A stretch of 64,000 nt of DNA from NCBI GenBank assembly GCA_949358305.1, contig OX442314.1:5456001-5520000 (forward strand). Reading direction: 5' to 3'. Position numbers and translations under genes: made by a program. Positions 40,665 to 52,200 of this stretch are shown here, one piece after another. This DNA comes from Strigamia acuminata. Its lineage: Eukaryota. Position 1 is the stretch's first letter, and each line of letters starts with the position of its first letter. The notes under the pieces are model-generated. The model did no database searches. It worked only from the letters and a program-made list of their open reading frames with translations, and was not told where the DNA came from.

Positions 40665-41215
40665 TGTGACTGCATATGGTCTTTCCCACTGCAGTCTGGG
40701 GATTGACTTCCATGGGAGGGACGCATTCTCCTGTAATGATTGGCCTTTAATCGTTATCTAGGGGTTGGAGTCTCCCCTCTCTCTATGCGTGGCAGTGCTG
40801 TTAGGCTAAACACCACTAACCGTCCCGTCACACAGAGCACGAGCCCCATGGGTGACTTGGTCGAGTAGCAAAGGACATTCTATAGTACTCACCTCGTATG
40901 ATCCATGTAGCCGCTCATGGAGGCTGCAACAGGCACAATGCCATGTCACAGTGATAAATGGTGAGAGGAGCAGAGTCAGCAGAAGGCACAGTTGCCTTTA
41001 CTGGCGTCAGGACCTTTGCCGCACATGTCTTCGCCTTCTACTGCACACCCTTCCTCTCACAAGTCAGTTCTCTCAACTCCGTCTCTCTCTCACCACACCA
41101 CTCGGCTCCCTCCCTCCCTAGCTGGGCCAGTCCACCCTGCAAAGGGGGACAGCCTTAGGGCCACTGGGCGGTGTGTGGAGTGATGCAGGTCACCATGGGT
41201 GGCCAAGCGGTCACA
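40665..41215. mobile_element. Putative solo LTR (same family as 4655-5125)
   Basis: TGTGAC...GTCACA ends; diverged homology to 4655-5125; no clear TSD. Confidence 0.55.
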
Positions 41216-41461
41216 TAACAATAGACACTGAATTGGTTACATGACATAGTAGGTGGCAAATTAGACTTTGACATTGACTTTTGATGGTTGAAGATACAAA
41301 CTTGCTTTGGTGAAAAAATAGAAGACAGTTGTGGCCTTAAAAAATAGAAAAATGTTATCTGGTGTCTAAATTACTTCTACGCTGACATAAAAAAAAATGT
41401 TTTTTCTTATTGTCGTAATAGCACTGTCCCAAGGTACACAAGTCTCCCCTACTTACCGTAT

Positions 41462-42023
41462 TGTCACGAGTACAGATCGTCCCGATTGACGGCCGGTTCG
41501 TAGCGCTCGATTAGGCATTATTCTTGTTAAACGTTGCTAAATTTCGGCCATAGATGGCGCTGACGAACATCATTCGTCATCGCCATGTGATTCGACCGAT
41601 TAATTCGAGAATGGGGGTTATGGCAGATTTGCTATAAAACCGCCCGCTTTGAGACAGAGCTCTCTTCTCTGATGTCGCTCGATACTGAGTACGGCTGACG
41701 ATTCTATTTGTTTGATTTGATTGTTGATTTGAAAGGTGTTACAGTGTTTCGAATTCATTTGTAATAATAGAAATGTGAATGTCAATTCATCCAAGTTTTG
41801 TTAATGATAACTTGATAATAAATAGACCATTTGTAATTGTTCAAATTAAATGTAAATTGAATAAGGAATCGAACAAACACTTTGTTTGTCCGGTTAATAA
41901 AACCCATTGAAACTTGAAATAAAACTCTGGCTCCATTTAATGCAAACACTCACTCATCCTCCTATCATTAGGCAAAACACACGTTGCATGGTAAACTGAT
42001 TGGCACCCAGGAACCACGTAACA
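41462..42023 (+). mobile_element. Solo LTR (562 bp)
   Basis: TGTCACG...CGTAACA termini, 4-bp TSD GTAT, TATAAAA at ~41633 and AATAAA at ~41897/41918. Confidence 0.85.
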
Positions 42024-42217
42024 GTATACAGATTTGTTTTTTATTTATGAGAAAGAAAGGATGCTGCCACGATAAAGAACATAATGTGAAAATGAATGCT
42101 GATTTATTAATAACAGTACTTAAAATTACAATTATACATCATGCGGTTTAAATATCATACTCCATTGGTTCACTAATTCCTACTTGTTCCAGGCCTAATA
42201 ATTACTGAAGTGATTTA

Positions 42218-42386
42218 CCGTACTGCCTCGATTTAACGCCGGGCGTATCTAAACGCCGGGCCTCGATTAAACGCCAGGTGCTAGGAGGCGTGTAGTGCAC
42301 TAAATGACGCCGAAAGCCGACCCGCCCGTGAGGGGGTTGGCTTGGAAAAATTAATAAACGCCCCGCGTTAAATGGAGGCAGTACGG
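42218..42386. mobile_element. Tc1/mariner-pogo-type MITE
   Basis: CCGTACTGCCTC...GAGGCAGTACGG TIR, TA TSD; related to 7167-7336. Confidence 0.8.
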
Positions 42387-42916
42387 TATATTGTTGTTTA
42401 AAAGTTCATGCAAACGGGTTTTAACGACCGTTTATGTGTTTTTGAATGCGCCTACTGTTTACAATGAAAATGTAGAAAGATAGTAATGACATTCCCAAAC
42501 CTAATCCTACAATGCTGCCGATATCGCTTAATAATTGAGAGATTGGATATTTCTGTTTCTCTTCTATGTTCTCGGTGAAACTATCAGCGAATCGAATATT
42601 TACATACGTGAAGAAATTAACTGGTAAGTTAGCCCCGTACAAAATGGGATGGTAAAATATATGTTCACAAGGTTGTTTACATTTGCACTGTTTTAGATTC
42701 GAGGCGAAATTCTTGAAGTATGTTGTATGAGATATAGAAATATCTTTTGCGTTGTTACAGTCAGGCAAATTAGAAGTTAACATATACGGTAGTCTGAAAA
42801 ATAAAAATAACATCTCATTAATGAATAAATGACAACGAAATGTGAAAATAGATAAAAATAAATGTGGAAAAAGCAAATATAGTTGTGTGAATTTTAAACA
42901 AGCATGTTAATATGTA

Positions 42917-44197
42917 TACTCTTTCCACACTCAAAAGGCCACCCTCAAAGCTTGGCTCCCATTGGCCAAGTCTGATCACTCAGAACTGCAGTTGAACTTG
43001 TGGTCACCCAGTTGGGTGATTATTCCCCCCTCCCGGTGGATACCATCCTTCTGAGTCACTGCAAAGACGGGTCGTTCCCCTCGCGTTGGCTCGGCCTTCC
43101 CCCCCTGGGAAGCGCGTGCCCGAGGGAAGTGAGGTGACCGGTGGCCAGCCCCCATTGGCTGTCTATGGCCCCTCACTCTAGTGCATAAAAGGTGGAGTTT
43201 CCCGCCTGAAATCAGAACTTACACAAACGACACCAAGAACACAGCAACTACCTCACTATCAGACCAACTTCAAGTACAAGTTAGGATTGATTGAGGATCG
43301 CTGAGTAAAGTGCAATTGTAACTCTCACGAATTTACTTGAGAACAATTACGGCGTAAGCAAGCGAATAGTCCTTGTGGATTCACACTGAATAATCGTCCC
43401 CACGATTATTCCACCAAGTCAGCGTTTGAGCGCTTTGTAAGGAACCCCCTGTTCCTGGTCAAGGCCTCTGCGACGCTAAACTTAACTCCTAGACAACAGG
43501 CACGGATAGAAGACTCGAAAGAGCATTCCACCGCGTCCGTGAACGACGAATCCGTGACGAATTAACGACAACTCGAGACGCCACCATTGTTCCGTTGACC
43601 ACTCGGAACTGAGGACGCCATCTTGAGAAATCCTTTGTTCGACTGTGACCAAGTCGACTCTAGAATTATTACTAAGTGTATTTTAAGGCATAATGCCTGT
43701 TGAATAAATTACTTGTTCATTTACTTACATTTGGTATTCATTTGGGTATTAACATAATAGATCACAGGTAAAGTATAACATGTTAGCTCGCTTAAGTAGT
43801 ATTTTAACCTATACGAAGTAGGACGTGACAAACTACTGCTATGAGGAAAAGTAGTTCCCTTTGATTTTGAGTCTTTTCCTGAATAATAATGGTTGAAATG
43901 ATGTACATTTAATGGTATTGTGTAATAAAATATGTTTTCTAGTTTGAAAATAAAATTTTATGTTGTTTTTAAATAAATTGCATTTATTTTAATTTTATTG
44001 CTTGCTATGTCTGGAGAGCAAACAATTTCTAAACAATGGGAAATCGATTGCAATGTCTGTACTTCTATTTATATCTGTATGTCTGTGTAATGCATTTCTG
44101 GTGTTTTGGATCTTCTTTTTGTATCAGTACACAAGTGAAATGGCTTGGCCAATGGGAGCCAAGCTTTGAGGGTGGCCTTTTGAGTGTGGAAAGAGTA
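42917..44197. mobile_element. Non-autonomous TA-TSD DNA element with 54-bp perfect TIR in the last intron of copy C
   Basis: TACTCTTTCCACACTCAAAAGGCCACCCTCAAAGCTTGGCTCCCATTGGCCAAG is exactly inverted at 44144-44197; TA on both sides. Confidence 0.88.
42999..43830 (+). mobile_element. Solo LTR (832 bp) nested in the TIR element
   Basis: TGT...ACA termini, 4-bp TSD AACT (42995-42998, 43831-43834), CATAAAA and AATAAA motifs. Confidence 0.8.
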
Positions 44198-47017
44198 TAG
44201 CAATCTGCACTAAGGTGTAAATAAAATGAAAAAGTGTCAAGCAGTTACCCTACCTGCAGTTAATGCTTCGAAATAAATTGTTATGCATGCAAGCCTTTTT
44301 ACACATCAAATAAGCAGTTTTGTTTTCTTCACATTGATTGCGCTTTGTATTTCTTCGCGCACTCTATTTTATAAAATCAAGGTTGGTATAAAGTTGATGT
44401 ACTGTAGTCAACATATTGTTTAATTAACTACCTTATATATTCTAAGTATGTGACGGTGACGACCACAACTCCCATTTAACAATGGTACCGGGAAGAGATC
44501 GCGATAAATAACAGTGAATACAATACGAGATAAATACAAGACAATTTATTGTTGGCAAACAATATGCAGTGAGCTAAATTATACATAAGACTAATGCCAA
44601 CATTTGGCAAGTTAACTGACTATTAAACTATACAAAGCATAGGCCAATTGGTCCTAAAATAATATCATTACGTGTCTGGGATAAGGGAGCGGTTTCCCCA
44701 TCGCTCGACCTGATTTACAGATGTCATCTAAGCCGGATGGCTGTGTCCTGGAGTCCGATATGGCTTCGCTGGTTTCCTTGGTTCGCTGTGTAAATTATCG
44801 CACGTCGATAAATCGAATGATCTGAGCATTGCGGTTGACTTTGTCTGCACCGCCACAACTTTGGGAGGATATTGGTATAAGTAAATGTATTCATTTTACT
44901 TATCAATATTCCGCTTATGAATTATATTTAATTCATATCGTTGTGAATTCTTATTTAGATATTTTTGTGGATAAGTTGTCATCAACTTATCAGTTACATT
45001 TGCGTCTTTGATGTAATCGTGATCGTAATTAAGTCTTCTGACTTGGTTAATCAACTTGTCGCCAAGTTAATATTTAGCTGTTATAAATAAAATGAAGATT
45101 AGGCTTCCCGTCGCAACACACAATTGCCGTCGAAAGAAAATATACGCCTTGCAATGCAGAACGGTATCAAGCGTCCCCTGCGTCGCGACACGGTCGTTCG
45201 TCTGGCGATTGACGGTATCACGTACACAGGAGTCGATAGCTCGCGGCTCCGCACAGCAGTATAATCTCTCGCGGTACTAATAATAGACCGACTACTTTGG
45301 CATCGAATACCATGAGAATCAGCTTGCCAAACACTTGGTGCTACTCGTGGTTACTGTAAAACAGACTGCTTTGGCACCATCCGGTGAAGGAACTAATTCT
45401 CAACAATACCGATGCTACTCGTGGTAACGGAATACGTTCATACCGAAAAAGACAACTTGGTCCTGTCCGGAGGATACTGAATTGCACAACGGCGGGTTCT
45501 CCCTCGGCGTCGCAACCGTAGACTGTAACATTTATGCAACATAATGATCCCAGCACTTCGACTTCAATTGCCGGCGGTGGCATGATTCTGTAGAATCATG
45601 CAACGGTTCTTTGTGAATAAATCAACAAAGAACCAAAAGGTTTTTTTACGTGAACAACGAATCATATTTCTTAAGTAACAATACCAAACAGAAAATAATC
45701 AAACAGAGCTGCAGAATGGCCGGTTGTTTGGGTTTATATAACCTGACTGGATTAAGGATTAATCCAGTTATCCAATTGGAACATGGGTTCCACGAATCCC
45801 TCCAATCCCGTATCACCGGAAGTGGATACGGAGGAACAATGTGCTAATTCTCACCACAACCGGAACTGGATACCCAGGACCGGAAATGGATCCACCAATC
45901 AGATCTATTGGTTGATCGATTGATCACCAAATGTCCTGTCCCGCAGAAAATGGAAGTTACATTGTATTTAACATCACAAGACATTAATATATCTTTATAT
46001 TAATGTTCACAAAGCTTCGTTTCATTCTAGTAAATATAGTTTTATATTTATTTACATGTTTTATATTCATATCTTGAATTTGCCGCTAAATCGTAATCGC
46101 GCCATCTTGTGGCAACATTGCGCATTGACAAATGCGGTTTTAGCAGACGACTCTTCGTGATTCGGCCGGAATCCTTTGATATCAAGTAGGAATGAGTGTT
46201 TATTCTTAATAAACGAACATCTTTGTATTTGAAACATCATAAATAACTTTATTCCAGACATTTATCAGTTTTACACAGAATATCTTCGAGATATCATGAT
46301 AATGGCGCAACAGCGCTTCTTTCTAAGAAAATAGGCATTTATAGCCATTGTAAACCGTCACACATCCCCCTTAATAACACAATTATATAAAATTTTATAG
46401 AGTTTTCGTTATTCTCCTAATTAGCATAAATGCTATTTTCGGACTTGATGTATCTTGGAGATACCGTGACTTCCAATTTCGAATTTGAGCTTACATAAAC
46501 TAACTTGAATTATCTAAGTTCTGATTTTCTGCCGAAATAATCTTTTCTAATAGCCTAAATTCAAGTCCAGAATTTATTTCCAAGTCTTCTTTTTGAAGAA
46601 ACTTTCGTCATACATAAAATCATCATTTGTGTTATCACAAAATATTTATTTCATATGCCTAGTCAGATGTATCGCTATAAATATACAATAAATAGCTTTT
46701 AGATGATAAGAGTTGACAATTAAGAAATCATAATTGTCCCCCTTAATTGTCATGACCGGAGTCACTTGGTATTCTTTGTACAATTGACTAATTTAATTAA
46801 ACTAGTTGTCTTAATAATGTAGCATTACTTTTCAAAATTTTGTTAATTCTAACTTTTATATTTTGTCCCCCTTTTCTTTAGAAGAGAGGTCATGATTTTT
46901 AGAAGAGGATTTTCTGTTTACACTATAATCGGGGAATCTTTGTGTATCATATCATGTTAATCAACATGATTCTTTGCTAAATATTGAGCTCGCATATTTG
47001 CAAATTTCCGAGATCTC

Positions 47018-48439
47018 TCAGCCTGCTGTACTGATTTCTTTCGACGTTTTTTTCTTTGGGCAGTTACACACAGTGTACTCACTTGGCAGTGTAAATGACC
47101 GTGACGACCCAACTTTTTGTTTTAGGTCATCTCTGGAAAACCATACATGAATGGGACCCTCATTGGAAAACCATACGTGGAAAGGACCCATATTTGGAAT
47201 TGTGAAATCCCGCAACAAACGAGGGGATCTATATTTGACTCTAAGTCGTGGAACTGATGATTGGAAACCTGGGTTTTCAGTCAGTTTTTGAACATGTTGG
47301 TTTGTACTTGAAGTTTCTTCATCACCAGCTGGACTTGGTGACCGAAAACGCTTTTTTGAAGTTCTTAATTCCTCTCGTTGAGATGAATTATTCTGGATAT
47401 TGCAGGGTTGCTTTCCAGACGCAAATTGTTGTATCTCCGTCAGATTGACGACTGGGACGGGTTTTAGTCGTTGGTTACGGTATTGATTTCGAAATACGAA
47501 TTGTTGCGCTTCGTTTATATTTTTAAATTCAGCTGAATTTAACTGGTATTGTTTACAATACTGTTCGAATTGATACCGGATCTCCCGTGGGTTAGTCAAA
47601 AAACTTTCTTTTTTAGGTTTAAAATCATTCTCATTATCGTGTTGGTAATACTTTTTCAAGGGAAAAGTTTGCTTGACCTTTTTTCGATTTGAAATGGGCG
47701 TTAGGTAGAATTGTCTTGGCTGGGGACTCTTCTTGGTAGACAAATCATACGTCCGCAAACATGAGTTTGTGATCGGCGATCGGGCACGTTGTTGTACGTT
47801 ATTTGACTGCAAATGTTTGTTTGGAGTCCGAATATCTTTCCTTTGCGTTGATATTGGTGGCCCAAAACTTTTGTTTACGGTTCCCAATTCTTTTGATAGC
47901 GGTAGGTTAATCGACAGATTAAGGCTAGCCACATATCGTTGTGCTTCAGCTGGATTAGCATATCGAACTGAAATTAGCTGATCTCGATTGTAAACGAGTT
48001 TTAATTTGTTCTGAACAACCGACTGGTTAGTTAACGAACTCTCTGGACGAGAATTATTAGGTTTATAATTCTCTTCCCCCTTATCTACCGAATTAGGTGG
48101 TTTAAACTTTTCTAACTTAGATCCCCTACTGGATGTTTGAAACATAGTATGAGAATCTTGATTCACTAAGTTTCGGCTGTATGTTTGTGGATTCCGTACT
48201 GGATCTTGATGTGAAGATTGAGATTGGGTACGATCTCGCCAGTTCCTAGCTTTTACATAGTCTGAAGCTTCGATTATATTTTTAAACTTGGTTTTATCCA
48301 GTCCATGACGATTACAATACAGAGTAAAATGATCGGGAATCTTTTCTGTTTGATCGCCAAGTGGTACAGAACTTAAATTTAAGTTTGTCTGCTTATTATT
48401 TCCTTTTGGATCGATCATATTCAATGGTTTTTGAGCCAT
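47018..48439 (-). CDS. Orphan ~473-aa ORF inside the LTR element
   Basis: Only long ORF in the 5.8-kb internal region, sense to the element; duplicated motif FxxYCxxxxLxxxxFKNIxEAxxxV and duplicated GPxHVWFS; otherwise low-complexity N/Q/S/K-rich. Confidence 0.7.
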   Translation of the reverse strand: MAQKPLNMIDPKGNNKQTNLNLSSVPLGDQTEKIPDHFTLYCNRHGLDKTKFKNIIEASDYVKARNWRDRTQSQSSHQDPVRNPQTYSRNLVNQDSHTMFQTSSRGSKLEKFKPPNSVDKGEENYKPNNSRPESSLTNQSVVQNKLKLVYNRDQLISVRYANPAEAQRYVASLNLSINLPLSKELGTVNKSFGPPISTQRKDIRTPNKHLQSNNVQQRARSPITNSCLRTYDLSTKKSPQPRQFYLTPISNRKKVKQTFPLKKYYQHDNENDFKPKKESFLTNPREIRYQFEQYCKQYQLNSAEFKNINEAQQFVFRNQYRNQRLKPVPVVNLTEIQQFASGKQPCNIQNNSSQREELRTSKKRFRSPSPAGDEETSSTNQHVQKLTENPGFQSSVPRLRVKYRSPRLLRDFTIPNMGPFHVWFSNEGPIHVWFSRDDLKQKVGSSRSFTLPSEYTVCNCPKKKTSKEISTAG

Positions 48440-51400
48440 AAAAAAATTCAAAATCTGACGATTTTAATTCTTTAATTTATAAAGAAGACGAATATAATAC
48501 ACTTTTCAACAAGAAACACTTCTAAACTTTACTTTTGACAAAATAAAATTAAACTTCGCGTTTGTTTGACACGTGTTAGCTTTTGCAGGTTACACGGCAC
48601 ACAAAATTCGAATCGTGACTGAAATCGGGACGGCGTGGTCAAGATGACTCTGGAACACGTCTTCTGGTCTGGTCTGGATGCGAATGATCAGTATCTGATC
48701 TGGTCCTCCTTTAATAGCAGGGGGCTGGGGATCCCTAGATCTCCCAACTTCTGATTGGCGGATGTTAGTGTCGGCCAATGGTATAAAGGACGTTACATCT
48801 ATTTAGTAGTTCTCTACTAAGTCCGTTCCCTTCGAGATTCAATTTTACCGATAAAATAAAATTCCTTCGGGAAGACATTCGTAAAATATTGTATTTTTCA
48901 AATGAAAATAAAATAAACTTACTTCAATCTTCTTGAACTTTGGGATTTTTACCAATCCAAATAATTAAATAACTTTTCTTCAAAAAATATTTTTCTTTGA
49001 TTATTCCGTTTAGTGTGTAATATCATTACAACCACAGTTTTAATAAAGTTTTCTCAAACTCTCAATTTTTCTTATTCTTATTCAATTATCGTTCAAATAA
49101 TCATTCCTTTGTAATTGAAATCTATTTTCGATTCCCAACATTGTGTATTCATTTCCAATAGGAAGAATAATTTGACCAAGTCTTTACTTTTTCGGGTTTA
49201 AATTCCATTTTTCGAGTGTGAAAAAATAAATTTTCACCATCCATCTCCCCCTTTTTTAACAAATTTTTTTAACAAATAAAAATTCGTTAAAATTCTTTAA
49301 ATTTGTTTTGCGAGAAAAATTATCTAATTCTCTAATCTTCCAAAAGAAAATATTCGAAATTTTACTTTAAACGATAAAGTTATTGGTACAAATGTGTACT
49401 TGTTTTTCGGGAGAAAACTATTCGACAATCCTTTAGACTTTTGGGTAAAAATTATTCATCAAATCTTTCTTTTTTGATGACAATTGCTTTGATTTTTCGA
49501 AAGAAAATATCTAGCTAAATTCCACTTTTCCTGAGCGGACAATTGTTTTCACAATTAGTTATTCCTTTGCGATATTTACGAAGGACGTGTCTTTGATTAT
49601 TCGTTTTAATAATTTTCGTCCCCCTTATCTCTAATAACGAGATGTTTTTGCAGAGATCTTTTATCTTTTGAATGAAAGAATATTTAAATCTCAATTGTCG
49701 TAAATACCTTCATCTGCTGCAGCATTTCCTCAATTTGAACTTTTCAAATGAAAAGACAAATCTGGAGAACTTTCACTGTCAAACTTCTATTCCTATCGCG
49801 CCAAAATTCGTAATTCACTGGTTTGGAATTCCGTATAACACGTGACACAATAACAGTATCGATGTCACAATTAAGCAGTTTACTACTCGGTCCGCGCGAG
49901 GACATGTAAATTACTTTTTTCCGATAAAAATAATTTTTCTTTGAAAAATATTTGAAATTGATTTTTCACAACTACTTTTGAATGAAATAAAATGAAGTTA
50001 TTCCAACTTTTCGTTAATTGCTCACACATAACATTCCCTTTACTGTGGGATTTGCATCGAAATTCCATTTTTAAAGAACCTTTCTTTTACTTATCGCAAA
50101 TAAAACATATTCAATCGTTTTTCTGATTAAACTTTAACACGTAAATTACGAACGAAATATATGATGACATTCCATTAACCTTTAGGAAAATTGACTAAAT
50201 TCTTAATTTTTAGAGAAAAATAATGTATCTAGAATCTTTCCTTTTCCGAATAAAATCTATGTTCAAAATAGAAGATAAATCTTGTGCAATTCTTAGTTTT
50301 TTCGAATGGAAAAATACAACTTTTCATCAGCGGTGATTTATTTGATTTTTCCGAAAGAAAAATAATTACTTTGAAACTTATTTTCTTCGTTTAAATCAGC
50401 TATCTGATTTTAAAGCTTCAATCCAATTAAAAAATATTCGCTCCGTAAATATTTCATGTGGCAAAGTTCATAGCCACAAATGGATTTGTTATTCCGGTTT
50501 TAAGAAATCATGTGGGAAAATGTCCGATTAGATTACTAAAAATATTCGTTGTTTTTCAAACAGCTAAATTTCATTTAGAAATTCTCAAAATTTGGGAGAC
50601 CCAAATATCGTTGGAAACTTAAAACACTGTTAAATTTCCGAAAGGAAAGATTGAATGAAATCCTTTTACTTTTCCGAGGGAAAGCGTTTATCGTGATTCG
50701 TAACTTTCAATGTAAAAAATACTATTCTACGTGGTCGGCAACTTCATTCGCCGCCATTTTATATTTTCTTAATTTCCATTGTCCCGAAGGAAAAAATGTA
50801 CTTTTTGTGAAAATAGTTAATTCCTTCAAATAAAGGTAATATTCATTTCGATTTGCAAATCTTTTCTGCGAAATGGAGTGTGTTGTTTTTCTCCAACAAC
50901 TAAATTATCTTTGGTACCGATGGCAGTGGAAAAATTAGTTCGCGACACTTAAATAAATCTCTACGAACCTTCTGTAACATTTCTCCGCTGTCTTTTATCT
51001 GTTGTCCGCCATAATTTCCAAGCATTCGTTCGCACCTTGCGTTGAAGGTTTGAGTAGCTTCCCTGCTGCGTTTGATACGGAGATCGACGCGTATTGCTAT
51101 GGCGCGTGGTCGCTGGCTATCGGTGTCGACGTACAGTTACAAGAAACTTAATTTCTTGTAAATATTTCCAAATAGTTGCGGTGTTTTCTTCGTTTTAACT
51201 TTTCAGGTGGAAAGATAAATTCGTAAGAAGTCCGCCTTCTAAACTTGTATGTTTTTAGCTTTTCGAAATAAAACAAACTTCGAAAAAAATATCTGTATTC
51301 TTATTTCACTCGAAACTTTTTTTTTGATTTCTTATTTAAAATACTTCGTATTCCTTAAATTGTCGAACGAAAATAGTAAAGAGAGTTCACTAAACGTTTC

Positions 51401-51489
51401 CATTTCGTCAGTTTAACTTTTCACATGAAAATATAAACTGAAAATCTATTTGTCTGTTTTAACTAAAATTTTTTAGTTAATATCGGATT

Positions 51490-52200
51490 CAAGATTCGCT
51501 TTTGCAATTCGATCGAATTAATTTGCAACCTATTTCAGTGATCGTGTGATAGGTCTATAACTTCCGAAATTCCTAGTTAAAGGACTGTTTTGGTGTTTCT
51601 CAAGAAAATAAACATGGTTTGAAACTTGTCTGTTTTTTAACTAAATCTTTTAGTTAAATATTTATCTCAAAATTCACTTTTACAATTCTATCGAATTTAA
51701 TTGCAACCTAATCTCGGTGGGACCTCCACGTGTGAGATTAGGTGGTAGTCTTTGAAATCCCTAAAATCTTCAAACGAAAATAATGAAGGAAAATCTACTA
51801 CGTATTTCTATTTCATCAGTTTAACTTCTTCACATGGAAATATAAACTGAGAATTTAATCTGTCTATTTTTAACTTAAATCTTTTAGTTAAATATTTATC
51901 TCCAATATTCACTGTTGCAATTCAATCGAATTTAATTGCAACCTAATCTCGGTGGGACCTCCACGTGTGAGATTAGGTGGTAGTCTTTGAAATCCCTAAA
52001 ATCTTCAAACGAAAATAATGAAGGAAAATCTACTACGTATTTCTATTTCATCAGTTTAACTTCTTCACATGGAAATATAAACTGAAAATTTAATCTGTCT
52101 ATTTTTAACTTAAATCTTTTAGTTAAATATTTATCTCCAATATTCACTGTTGCAATTCAATCGAATTTAATTGCAACCTAATCTCGGTGGGACCTCCACG
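51490..52200 (-). repeat. 235-bp tandem repeat carrying three perfect tRNA-Gln PBS copies (51710-51728, 51945-51963, 52180-52198)
   Basis: AATCTCGGTGGGACCTCCA (3' end of animal tRNA-Gln) at 235-bp spacing; degenerate fourth unit near 51525-51555. Confidence 0.9.

Noticed and set aside
44724..46261. Short ORFs duplicated in both LTRs (also 56092-56304 / 61937-62149)
   Set aside because: 60-80 aa with no motifs; duplicated only because they lie in LTRs.
51710..52198. tRNA genes suggested by tRNA-like 3' ends (also 2816-2833, 61743-61760)
   Set aside because: Only 18-19 nt including CCA, adjacent to LTRs: primer-binding sites, no cloverleaf.
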